A stretch of DNA of 64,000 nucleotides. It comes from a virus (lineage: Duplodnaviria > Heunggongvirae > Uroviricota > Caudoviricetes). The notes under the pieces are model-generated. The model ran no database searches, was not told where the DNA came from, and saw nothing but the letters and a program-made list of their open reading frames with translations. Below are positions 18,507 through 26,931 of the stretch, piece after piece. A program made the position numbers and the translations under genes. Location: the IMG/VR virus record IMGVR_UViG_3300028914_000001, positions 221,489-285,488 of that record. One strand, written 5' to 3'. The number at the start of each line of letters is the position of its first letter. The first letter of the stretch is position 1.

Positions 18507-20285
18507 TTATTCAACCTCTGGCCAGTTAGTCGAATTGGCTACACGACTCATTCCATCGAAGTGTTCTTCGTAGGTGCCACGAGTGTCATCGTCCTGTTCC
18601 AGCTGGTCGAGAACGGTATCGAGCGGAGTCTTTCCAGTCTCTTCATTCGGCGTGGTCGCCCATTGCTTGAATGGTAGCGGGTTTTCATGCCGAGGTTTCT
18701 TTACGGTTCGTTCACGAGGCAACGGGGTGTCGTCACCCATCATCTCACGCCTGAAACTCTCAAATCTGTATTCTCTGTCTGACATCGTTTCGACGACTTC
18801 TACATACATATATTCATCGTACATTTTCTGCAGACGGGATAGCACCTTGTCTCGATTGAAAATAAGCCCGTTACGCCAGATACGGCCATCCACGAGCTGA
18901 ACACTGTTGCTTCCCAGATATCTACCAGTTTCATATTTCTTTGTTATGAAGGTAATCGCTTGGAGTACCTTCATATTCTTCTTGATGGCTTCATTTATCG
19001 CTGCTTCGGCTTTTTCTGGTTGGAGTTCGCATCCATAATAGTTCAGCAACTCAATGAAAGTATCAATATCTAAATTTTCTGTTTCAATGAATTTGCCCAA
19101 TGTCATATTTGCGTAATTCGGGTTGCAATTTTCAAGGAACTCTTTCACTTTCATCATAGTATGTCGGTACGATTGATGTTCGCAGGTTTCCTCGTCCAGA
19201 AGCGGCATAACGTCCACCTGATGCGAGCGTTCTATAATTTTAGCCATGCCGTCCTTGATATAACGAACGACTTCGTCGTTGTTCGTAAGCAACTCGGTCA
19301 ATTCCTTGGATACCAGTTCTTTCATATCATCGGGATTTGTGCCAGTTACGGTAGCTGTTAAGAAATCCATTAGTACCTTAGATTTTCCTTGTAGAAGAAC
19401 CTCAATGGCATCAGGTTCGTTTTTATGCTGCGGAGTATTATATACAGGAGATATATATACCGTAATGAGAGGCGGATGGAATGTAAGCTTAAACTCAAAG
19501 GTGCGTTTGAAGTTGCCGGTGAACCTATACCAATCTTCATTAAGGTAAAAGTTAAGCAAATGCAGTAGATGGCCGTAATCTTCCTCGACTTCATTTTTCA
19601 CGTCGAGTGCTTCCAAACACGGCTTGCTGCAGGATTCGTTAAGAGGTTCCTTTGATTTCGGGACTGGCTGGGCCTCCTTGATTTTCAAACCAAAATACTT
19701 TTGGAAATTCTGGCGGAACTTGTTAATTGTGGCTTTGTCAACTGGTTTACCACTTGTCGATTTGAAAAACGGGAGTATTTCTTCATCGAAGTTGATAGGT
19801 GAGTTTGACTTCGACCACTCTTCAACTCGCTTCAATATAGCCTTTCCATTTTCACCAAAATCCTTTATTAGGGCATTTTTTACTGTCTCTTTGCAGCCGT
19901 TCAGATATCCAGTAAACTCTTTCATCAGTTTCTTTGCGTCGATTTGATTCTCGTTAATGTTTTGCTGAGTGTTTTGTTGTGCGGGCTCTTGTTGCTGATT
20001 CGTATTTGGCTGAGGTGGTTGCTGTGCAGGCTGTTGTTGTGCATTTGCCTGAGCTGGTTGCTGAACAGGCTGCTGTTGTGCATTTGGCTGAGCTGGTTGC
20101 TGAACGGGTTGTTGTGGCTGCGTCTGAACAGGCTGTCGTTGTGCCTGTTTTTGACCCGGTTGCTGAACTGGTTGTTGAGCGGGTTGTGCCCCGGCTTCCA
20201 TACAAATATTCCTTAGGGATACGATTTCATCCACGATATATCCGGGAAGATTCAATTTTCGTATTTCTGATTCAAACAACGTCAT
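18507..20285 (-). CDS. Late protein with shared leader (MTLFESE...ICME|A), Q/P-rich linker and unknown domains
   Basis: Leader paralogy; QQPVQQP repeats; TATAAACTA at 20314-20322. Confidence 0.85.
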   Translation of the reverse strand: MTLFESEIRKLNLPGYIVDEIVSLRNICMEAGAQPAQQPVQQPGQKQAQRQPVQTQPQQPVQQPAQPNAQQQPVQQPAQANAQQQPAQQPPQPNTNQQQEPAQQNTQQNINENQIDAKKLMKEFTGYLNGCKETVKNALIKDFGENGKAILKRVEEWSKSNSPINFDEEILPFFKSTSGKPVDKATINKFRQNFQKYFGLKIKEAQPVPKSKEPLNESCSKPCLEALDVKNEVEEDYGHLLHLLNFYLNEDWYRFTGNFKRTFEFKLTFHPPLITVYISPVYNTPQHKNEPDAIEVLLQGKSKVLMDFLTATVTGTNPDDMKELVSKELTELLTNNDEVVRYIKDGMAKIIERSHQVDVMPLLDEETCEHQSYRHTMMKVKEFLENCNPNYANMTLGKFIETENLDIDTFIELLNYYGCELQPEKAEAAINEAIKKNMKVLQAITFITKKYETGRYLGSNSVQLVDGRIWRNGLIFNRDKVLSRLQKMYDEYMYVEVVETMSDREYRFESFRREMMGDDTPLPRERTVKKPRHENPLPFKQWATTPNEETGKTPLDTVLDQLEQDDDTRGTYEEHFDGMSRVANSTNWPEVE

Positions 20286-20313
20286 ATATGCCAGCAAAAT
20301 CTTAATCTGATTA

Positions 20314-20322
20314 TAGTTTATA
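20314..20322 (-). promoter_or_regulatory. Late promoter motif TATAAACTA
   Basis: Exact copy upstream of 20285. Confidence 0.85.
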
Positions 20323-20339
20323 GCCTCGGGTGGATTATA

Positions 20340-20371
20340 AATGAAACACCCACGAGATAGCCCGTGGGTGT
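20340..20371 (-). terminator. Intrinsic terminator
   Basis: ACACCCACG/CGTGGGTGT stem downstream of ORF 20394-22217. Confidence 0.7.
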
Positions 20372-20393
20372 ATGTTAATGTGTTGATGGTAGA

Positions 20394-22217
20394 TTAGCTT
20401 TTGTTGCCTTTCTTCTGTCTGAATCGGAGAACAGCAACTTGTGCATTCATCTGAGCCTTTTCGTATGCGGTTTGCTCATTGTTTCCTTTCTTTATATATT
20501 CTGCCATAGCTTTCTTTTCGGCATCGTCATAAACCTTCTTCTCGTCTGGGGGAAGATTCATGTAAGATATTTTTCCTGACATGTACTGGGTCGAGCCTTG
20601 GGGTTGCTTCGGGTTCTGCTGTTGCTGTTGAACTTGCGGTTGTGCCTGCGGCTTCTGAGGTGTTGTTTGGTTTACAGGTTGTTCCGTACCTTTCTGCTGT
20701 GTTGGATTTGCTTTGTTTTGCTGGGCCACTTGTTGTGGCTGTGCGGCATTTTGAGTTTGATTATTGTTTCCCATGTTGTCAATCACCTTGTTGAGTGCGG
20801 CCTGACCTTCTTTGGCCCATTCGCCTTTTTGCATCTTGGCGAGAGCCTCCCTTGCTGCTTGGTCAGCCTTTTCAACTATCATGCTTTTGGGTGTCTTTTT
20901 ATCGACAGAGTATATTGTGATGTAATTCTGTTTGGTCTGGTCGAAGAACTTCTTTTCAGCGGCGTTTCGTGGTCCGTTGGTTGTATATGCAGTCTGTTGT
21001 CCACCCTTCTGTACATTAGTTCCTGTATTTACTTCCTTCTGTTTCTGTTGCATTGCGGCAATCTGATTTTGAGTTCCTTGCGGGTTCTGCCTCTGGAAAA
21101 CTGGGGCGATACCGTACTGCTTCCAGTTATTGTATTCTTGCTGGGAGATTATGTTGTTTTTAAGGAATTTCTGAGCCTGTGCTTCGTTAAACTTCTTGGA
21201 AGTTACATTTTGTGCCTGTTGCTGCGGCTGTGCTTGCTGTGGCTGTGCTCCTTGCTGTTGAGCTGGCTGTGCATTTGCGGGAACCTGAAGGTTACCGCTG
21301 AATACAGATGCTACCTGCATATTAGCCTTCTGCAATGCGGCGAGCGTCTGCTTTCCGATGAGGCCATCCTGAGATACACCTAGCTGAGCCTGTGCTGCTT
21401 GCACTTTTTTCTTTGCTTCGTTAAGGAGTAGGTTGAATGCTTCCTTGGTGTCATTGTCCATCTTGCCTGTTGCATTGATGTTTTCTGTTGCCTGAATTGC
21501 CTTGATTGTGTTAGGACCGAGTACGCCATCAGTAGCAAGTTTCAGGTTTGGATTCCTTGAATTTAGGAAATACTGCACGGTTGCGACATCTGCACCTTTC
21601 CTGAGCTGAGGTTGCTGTTGCTGCTGAGGTTGCTGTTGCTGAGGAGCCTGCGGTTGAGCTTGCTGTTGTGGTTGCTGTTGCGGTTGAGCTTGCTGTTGTC
21701 CGTTTGCCGCAGGTCCTGATGTGCGGACTTGGCTCGGTTCCCTTGTCATGCCCTTCGGAACTTGCGTCTGAGCTTGCTGTGCTGCTGGTTGTGCGGCAGG
21801 AGCACCTTGCTGCGGAAAGATATTATAGGACGACGGGTTGTTGAAATCCATTGCCTGCGGTTGATTACGCTGACGTGCCGGGTCTACAGATACTTGTTGC
21901 TGAACTTGCTGTTGTCCGTTTGCCGCAGGTCCTGATGTGCGGACTTGGCTTGGTGCCCTTGTTGTGCCCTTTGAAACTTGCGGCTGTCGGGTCTGCTGTT
22001 TTGCAGGTTGTGCAGCAGGTGCAGCGTTTTGTGGAAAGACATTATAAGACGACGGGTTGTTAAAATCCATCGCCTGCGGTTGATTCCGCTGACGAGCTGG
22101 GTCTTTTTCATCGCCTTCCGCTTCTAGGCATATATTGTTAATGTTCTTGATAGCGGTTTTCATCTCCGCTGGAATGTGCAGCGTATCAATAGACGCTTCA
22201 AAAAGAGATTTTAACAT
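20394..22217 (-). CDS. Gln-rich late protein with shared leader and peptidoglycan-binding (PG_binding_1-like) repeats
   Basis: 'LRKGADVATVQYFL...DGVLGPNTIKAIQ' and 'DGLIGKQTLAAL'; leader ends ICLE|A. Confidence 0.85.
   Translation of the reverse strand: MLKSLFEASIDTLHIPAEMKTAIKNINNICLEAEGDEKDPARQRNQPQAMDFNNPSSYNVFPQNAAPAAQPAKQQTRQPQVSKGTTRAPSQVRTSGPAANGQQQVQQQVSVDPARQRNQPQAMDFNNPSSYNIFPQQGAPAAQPAAQQAQTQVPKGMTREPSQVRTSGPAANGQQQAQPQQQPQQQAQPQAPQQQQPQQQQQPQLRKGADVATVQYFLNSRNPNLKLATDGVLGPNTIKAIQATENINATGKMDNDTKEAFNLLLNEAKKKVQAAQAQLGVSQDGLIGKQTLAALQKANMQVASVFSGNLQVPANAQPAQQQGAQPQQAQPQQQAQNVTSKKFNEAQAQKFLKNNIISQQEYNNWKQYGIAPVFQRQNPQGTQNQIAAMQQKQKEVNTGTNVQKGGQQTAYTTNGPRNAAEKKFFDQTKQNYITIYSVDKKTPKSMIVEKADQAAREALAKMQKGEWAKEGQAALNKVIDNMGNNNQTQNAAQPQQVAQQNKANPTQQKGTEQPVNQTTPQKPQAQPQVQQQQQNPKQPQGSTQYMSGKISYMNLPPDEKKVYDDAEKKAMAEYIKKGNNEQTAYEKAQMNAQVAVLRFRQKKGNKS
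21691..22100 (-). repeat. Intragenic tandem duplication (~220-bp unit)
   Basis: DPARQRNQPQAMDFNNPSSYN and PSQVRTSGPAANGQQQ each occur twice with near-identical DNA. Confidence 0.9.
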
Positions 22218-22245
22218 ACAGATACCCTATATTGTATTCTGACTC

Positions 22246-22254
22246 TAGTTTATA
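22246..22254 (-). promoter_or_regulatory. Late promoter motif TATAAACTA
   Basis: Exact copy upstream of 22217. Confidence 0.85.
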
Positions 22255-22260
22255 GCGTCA

Positions 22261-23889
22261 CTAACCTGCTTCAACAGTGTTGATGGCTATCATGGTGTCG
22301 CTGAAATTAGTCTTTACTCCGAACATTCCTTTGTCACCTTTGTCGTACAGGGCGAAGTAGAAGGAATATATAGTTTCCTTGTTCGGGTGAATAAGGTCGG
22401 ATACAAAGGTTTTGTACTTGCTTGATGTATGGTAAGTAAAGTATAGGCGGCCATTCATCATTCCCCAGTCAAACCATACTTCACCCTCGGGTATTACCGT
22501 ACCGTCAGGCAGCGTAGTTTCGTCATTGCTGAGGTACTGGAATATGGTATCACCTGGGGTATCCTCGACAAACTGTATCGTCGCCTTGAACGTATATGAC
22601 GACTCGATGTCGCCGTTTGCGTTGTCGCCAAACCAGTTGAGAATCTTGCTCCAATCGACGTCATCCTCCACCGCATACCCGCCTTCGACTTCCTGACCAT
22701 TTCCGGGAGCGATGTTCGGAATGAACTTTCGTGTATCGTCGTTGACGGCAACGAAGTCACGCCCGAATCCGCTAAGGTCGCTCTCGTGAGAATTATCGTA
22801 GTCGAAGTTGAAGCGGAGAAGGTCGAACGACGGGACTTCCGAAGGTTTCGTGATGTCCTCCGTCACCGATTCGCAATAGGTGTAAACGGGAATGCCGTTG
22901 GCATCAAAATCTTTTGGAAGAATCTTGTAGTCGGTATTGGGGTCATCATACGGAAGACCTTCCGTATCCTTGTTGTATTCGCCGATATCACAGCGTTTCA
23001 AACCTTCGTGGTAAGTCGTTGTTGTGAAACGGTCGAACAGGAGCAACTGTTTTAGCGATACATCCTCGTAATACTTGCTGCCGTCCGCATCCTGTTTCTG
23101 CATAAGAGTCGTCGACAGCGTGTGTAGAATAGAGTATCCTTCCCTGATGGTCGGGCACACTGTTTCCCACAGCTTTTTCTTCTGCTGTATGATTTCGCTC
23201 GGGTAGACGAGTAGCTGTTCCTTGTGGATTAGGTCCTCGTCGATATTGAAGTTCATCTCGGCGTACTTAATCATCTCTGGGGTCTCGTACGGCCTGTGGT
23301 AAACACCGTAGCAGTCAATAGGATAACTCACCTTGAAAATCTGTTGCTGTGCGTCTGAGTCAGTAACATCTTCGTTCAACTCTGTCGTGTTGCTGCTGAT
23401 GACTACTTGAACAGGCCTAGGAATTTCCGGGGCGAAGTCCCACTCCTTAATGACTATTGTCCTGTATTCATTGAAGTACGGCTCGATGTTCTCCTTTATC
23501 TGGAAGATATCGGAGATGTTGTCAGCCTGAAATTGCAATTCAAAGTGGAATACATACGGGGTCGGCTGGATGTCACGAATCCATCGGTCGGCTGACCTAC
23601 AGAAAATCTCCCTCGCATAGGTAGGCTGCGGTCTGTTGGTCGAGTCTGGGCTGTTGCTCACGAACCTGATTGACCCTATTGGATAGGGAACGGTTAGCTG
23701 CTTATACTGCGTGCTGGACCAGAAGTTGGTAAAATTGGCATTGTTGTGGGTGATGATGGGAATTTTTGCACTTCTTGAGTATGTAGTACGATACATGTCG
23801 TCGTATTTGTTGACATACATGTTATTGAACATGTCTATCAGTCCAATAAGGATTTTCTCAATAGTTCGTACGTAGTAAAATGGTCTCAT
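22261..23889 (-). CDS. Tail terminator/sheath stabiliser (T4 gp15-like) with C-terminal extension
   Basis: N-terminal 'FYYVRTIEKILIGLIDMFNNMYV...KIPI', 'PTPYVFHFEL', 'QIKENIEPYF'. Confidence 0.8.
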   Translation of the reverse strand: MRPFYYVRTIEKILIGLIDMFNNMYVNKYDDMYRTTYSRSAKIPIITHNNANFTNFWSSTQYKQLTVPYPIGSIRFVSNSPDSTNRPQPTYAREIFCRSADRWIRDIQPTPYVFHFELQFQADNISDIFQIKENIEPYFNEYRTIVIKEWDFAPEIPRPVQVVISSNTTELNEDVTDSDAQQQIFKVSYPIDCYGVYHRPYETPEMIKYAEMNFNIDEDLIHKEQLLVYPSEIIQQKKKLWETVCPTIREGYSILHTLSTTLMQKQDADGSKYYEDVSLKQLLLFDRFTTTTYHEGLKRCDIGEYNKDTEGLPYDDPNTDYKILPKDFDANGIPVYTYCESVTEDITKPSEVPSFDLLRFNFDYDNSHESDLSGFGRDFVAVNDDTRKFIPNIAPGNGQEVEGGYAVEDDVDWSKILNWFGDNANGDIESSYTFKATIQFVEDTPGDTIFQYLSNDETTLPDGTVIPEGEVWFDWGMMNGRLYFTYHTSSKYKTFVSDLIHPNKETIYSFYFALYDKGDKGMFGVKTNFSDTMIAINTVEAG

Positions 23890-23911
23890 AAGGCATCACC
23901 TAATCAATGAA

Positions 23912-23954
23912 TAGTTTATAATGTCTGGATGCCGAAGCCTGAAATTATAAACTA
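23912..23954. promoter_or_regulatory. Divergent pair of late promoter motifs
   Basis: TAGTTTATA (23912-23920) and TATAAACTA (23946-23954). Confidence 0.85.
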
Positions 23955-23978
23955 TGATTGATTACTTATGGATGAGTC

Positions 23979-25205
23979 ATGACCCCAGAAGAACAGTTCA
24001 GACAGGTAGTATCCACACTCAATATACCGAAAGTGCAACTAGAAGCGATTTGCGACCTACACTCCGCAGTCTACGAGGCTATGGATTTGAAAGGAATCTA
24101 TGACAAGTTGTCCCATCTGGACAATTACCCGAAGATTAGCAAGGCGATTAAGCTTGGTGGGGCTGCATTGATTGGAGGATGCCCGGTAGGTGGCGTGTGT
24201 AACACTGACTGGAACAAGGTGGCTGAGGGATTTGGCGGTGCCGACAAGCCCGTAGAGCAGTGTATAGACCAGCCGGAGAGTGCATACGACGAACAGGATA
24301 CGGTTTTCGACTATAAGGGCAACCCAGGTGTTGTCGATACCAATTTCACCGTAAAGACGGAGCCTAAGGCGGAAGAAACGCCTAAGGCGGAAGAAACGCC
24401 TGAGCCGAAAGAAACGCCTGAGCCTAACGAGGAAGTGAAGGAGGATGAGGATGATGACCTTGTCAGGGATACATTCTTGGTGAAGTTCCCGACACCATCT
24501 TCATCCGAATCGAGCGACGATGCTCTAAGGAAGTTCATGATGACGAATCTCTCCAGTGTATTCAAGGAAACCCATACACCTCAACAACAGGCTGCCCATA
24601 TCGAGCGCATCCTTCGTGCGGTCAAGAATGTGGCCAAGATTACGTCAAGTCGTGGAATCGGCGAAGCCGAGTTGCTCGCCATCATGTGTGTCGAGAGCAT
24701 GTACAACGACAAGCCGAAGACAACGAAATACAGGGGACTCGCCCAGCTGGGTGACGATGCAATGGACGATGCAAGGAAATATGCAAGAAGGTTCGGTCTG
24801 GATGCGTCAAAGATGCGTGACCCCGAGATTGTAGAGGATGCAGTGAACCTTGCCGCTGGCTACCTGTTGTACCTCATGTACCGTACCGACCGCAGCAACA
24901 AGGTGAAGCCTGACGGGAATGACGACAAGGAGATTGGTAACATGACCTACGCCATTGCCTGTTATAACGGAGGCATAGGCACGACCAAGTCAAAGTACCA
25001 TAACAATAAGGAACTTAGTGTTCCTATGCTTTACCGAATGGTTGAACGTAAAGAACTGACCCCCAACCAGGCAGTGAAAGTGAGGGGTTCGATGAAGGAG
25101 GCGTTAAGCTATCCGAAAAAGGTATTCAAGGTGCTTGATTACTTTAAGAGTATCGGATTGCCAACGCACTTTGGTTCGGGAAATGTATATTATCGAAAGA
25201 GGTAA
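23979..25205 (+). CDS. Lytic transglycosylase (SLT-like) with shared N-terminal leader
   Basis: 'LLAIMCVES', 'GLAQL', 'AAGYL', 'ACYNGG'; PKAEET linker repeats. Confidence 0.85.
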   Translation: MTPEEQFRQVVSTLNIPKVQLEAICDLHSAVYEAMDLKGIYDKLSHLDNYPKISKAIKLGGAALIGGCPVGGVCNTDWNKVAEGFGGADKPVEQCIDQPESAYDEQDTVFDYKGNPGVVDTNFTVKTEPKAEETPKAEETPEPKETPEPNEEVKEDEDDDLVRDTFLVKFPTPSSSESSDDALRKFMMTNLSSVFKETHTPQQQAAHIERILRAVKNVAKITSSRGIGEAELLAIMCVESMYNDKPKTTKYRGLAQLGDDAMDDARKYARRFGLDASKMRDPEIVEDAVNLAAGYLLYLMYRTDRSNKVKPDGNDDKEIGNMTYAIACYNGGIGTTKSKYHNNKELSVPMLYRMVERKELTPNQAVKVRGSMKEALSYPKKVFKVLDYFKSIGLPTHFGSGNVYYRKR

Positions 25206-25208
25206 TAC

Positions 25209-25541
25209 TTGAATTATTCTGCTATCTATTACAGTATAATCAGACAGGCGAATAAACGGGAATGCGTTATCGGTGAACTATGCGAGAATCACCATATAAT
25301 ACCGCTCTCCTGTGATGGTAGCAACAAGAAAAGCAATCAAGTAGAATTAAAACTCAAAGAGCATCATATTTGCCATCTTCTCCTTTTACGCATGGGGTTG
25401 TGTAAAACATATTATTTTTCCAGACTTAGCTCAAAACAATATATTTTTATGAAGACTCTGGAAAAACAAAAGTATGAGCGAAGTAAACACAAACAGAAAA
25501 CCCGAAGACGTTACAAGGCTCGCCAAGTATCTCTTGTTTAA
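25209..25541 (+). CDS. Short HNH endonuclease-like ORF, possibly a vestigial homing endonuclease
   Basis: 'ENHHIIPLSCDGSN..SN.V.L..KEHHICHLLL'; AT-rich; TTG start. Confidence 0.7.
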   Translation: MNYSAIYYSIIRQANKRECVIGELCENHHIIPLSCDGSNKKSNQVELKLKEHHICHLLLLRMGLCKTYYFSRLSSKQYIFMKTLEKQKYERSKHKQKTRRRYKARQVSLV

Positions 25542-26733
25542 GTATGCCCCAATCACGCATGCAGTTCTCGGATTCGCCGAGTTCGTATTTGACGACGTGA
25601 ATACGGTGGCCAGTTGCATAGAAACGGGAAAGCTCTATGTCAAGATGAACAAGGAATTCGTGGCTACGCTGGAACCCCAGGAACTTGCCCTTATTTTCTA
25701 TATCGAGTCGGTCCGAATCGGCCTCGGCCATGTTAGTACTCGTCTGTACAGTAACAAGAAGATATCCCTGATGGCTTCCGACCTGATTGCACTCAGAATG
25801 GGGTTGTGCTCGGACATTGGCGTGAACAATACGGCTTACGGCAAGGTCTTATCTAAGGTTTCTTTACTGGAAACCAATGTAAATAATCTGTATTACAGCA
25901 AGTATTACAAGGAATACGATTACCGAAAGGTAAGCATCGAAATCCTCTACAAGTTACTTACCGAGGGTAAAAACGGCGGTAAGAACAATGATGGCGACCA
26001 GAAGGATGATTCCAGCGAAAAGGATAATTCCGGGGGAATGTCTACCTATTTGAATGATGAAACTAGGGCTGACGAATGGAATGCCGAGGCCAACATTACG
26101 GAGGCTGTCGAGAGTGCTGCGGTCAACGGTGGCGGCAGTTGGGGAACGGCAGATGCCAATGGGGTAATCAGCATGCTCTCGAAGGCTACGAAAGTAGTCG
26201 ATGGCCGTACCATAATCAGGAAATTTGTGTCAGACGCTGTTGAATGTGGATGGCGTGAATGTCGATTCAAAAGAAACAGGCGGTTTGACCTGATGTATCC
26301 GGGACATATTCCTGAATACAAGGCGAAACTTCTGGTGGCAGGGGATGTTAGCCGTTCGATGCCGACAAGTGCCGTTTCTAGGATAATTTCACTTATTCTG
26401 GCCGTAGGCAAGGATGTCGATATCGACTATTGCTGGTGGAATACAAAATGTACCACTCCGGCCCACTTGACCCCGATGATGAGAAAAAAGAAGGAATTTG
26501 CCATATCGACTGGTGGTGGAACGGACTGCAACTGTGTTTTCCGCATGTTGGATACTTGCCGTACACGGTATGACGGAATAGTCATCGTGAGCGACATGGA
26601 TTTCTATCCCGAGCTCAAACTGGCTAAAAGGTACAGGGTTAGGAAGATACTGTGGGTGAAGACCAATCCCGACAAGGACCCTCCCGAAAAATACGCCAAA
26701 AAAGTGGTTGACTTGAACGAGTTGGAACATTAA
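25474..26733 (+). CDS. DUF2201-like metallopeptidase-VWA protein (MoxR partner)
   Basis: NRRF motif, MIDAS DVSRSM, GGGTD, IVSD; the HExxH position reads IESVR. Confidence 0.82.
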   Translation: MSEVNTNRKPEDVTRLAKYLLFKYAPITHAVLGFAEFVFDDVNTVASCIETGKLYVKMNKEFVATLEPQELALIFYIESVRIGLGHVSTRLYSNKKISLMASDLIALRMGLCSDIGVNNTAYGKVLSKVSLLETNVNNLYYSKYYKEYDYRKVSIEILYKLLTEGKNGGKNNDGDQKDDSSEKDNSGGMSTYLNDETRADEWNAEANITEAVESAAVNGGGSWGTADANGVISMLSKATKVVDGRTIIRKFVSDAVECGWRECRFKRNRRFDLMYPGHIPEYKAKLLVAGDVSRSMPTSAVSRIISLILAVGKDVDIDYCWWNTKCTTPAHLTPMMRKKKEFAISTGGGTDCNCVFRMLDTCRTRYDGIVIVSDMDFYPELKLAKRYRVRKILWVKTNPDKDPPEKYAKKVVDLNELEH

Positions 26734-26763
26734 CCGTCGAATCTGCTTTTTTGGCATGATTAT

Positions 26764-26897
26764 GAACTACCCATCCACATAAGATGGGTGGGTTTCCCCG
26801 AGTCCATCAGTGGCATTACAGAAATGGTTGATTTTTTGTCAAGGTGGCTTTCATCTCGGCCACTAAATATGACTGAGGGTTTTCGTCGCCACATTAT
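26764..26897. mobile_element. Non-autonomous IS200/IS605-like mini-element (two end hairpins, no ORF)
   Basis: Left hairpin GAACTACCCATC-CACATAA-GATGGGTGGGTTTC; right end TTCATCTCGGCCA-CTAAATA-TGACTGAGGGTTTTC; TTAT at both junctions. Confidence 0.6.
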
Positions 26898-26903
26898 AAA
26901 CTA
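26895..26903 (+). promoter_or_regulatory. Late promoter motif TATAAACTA
   Basis: 29 nt upstream of 26932. Confidence 0.85.
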
Positions 26904-26931
26904 TTTTTGATTGAATTTAATCGGCTAGACT

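Noticed and set aside
19960-21960. CRISPR-like periodicity
   Set aside because: The repeats are in-frame Gln/Pro codons and an intragenic duplication, with no repeat-spacer structure or cas genes.
25209-25541. HNH ORF as an active mobile element or partner of the mini-element
   Set aside because: It is short, lacks a DNA-binding extension, and shows no TnpA/TnpB/IscB motifs. Treated as vestigial.
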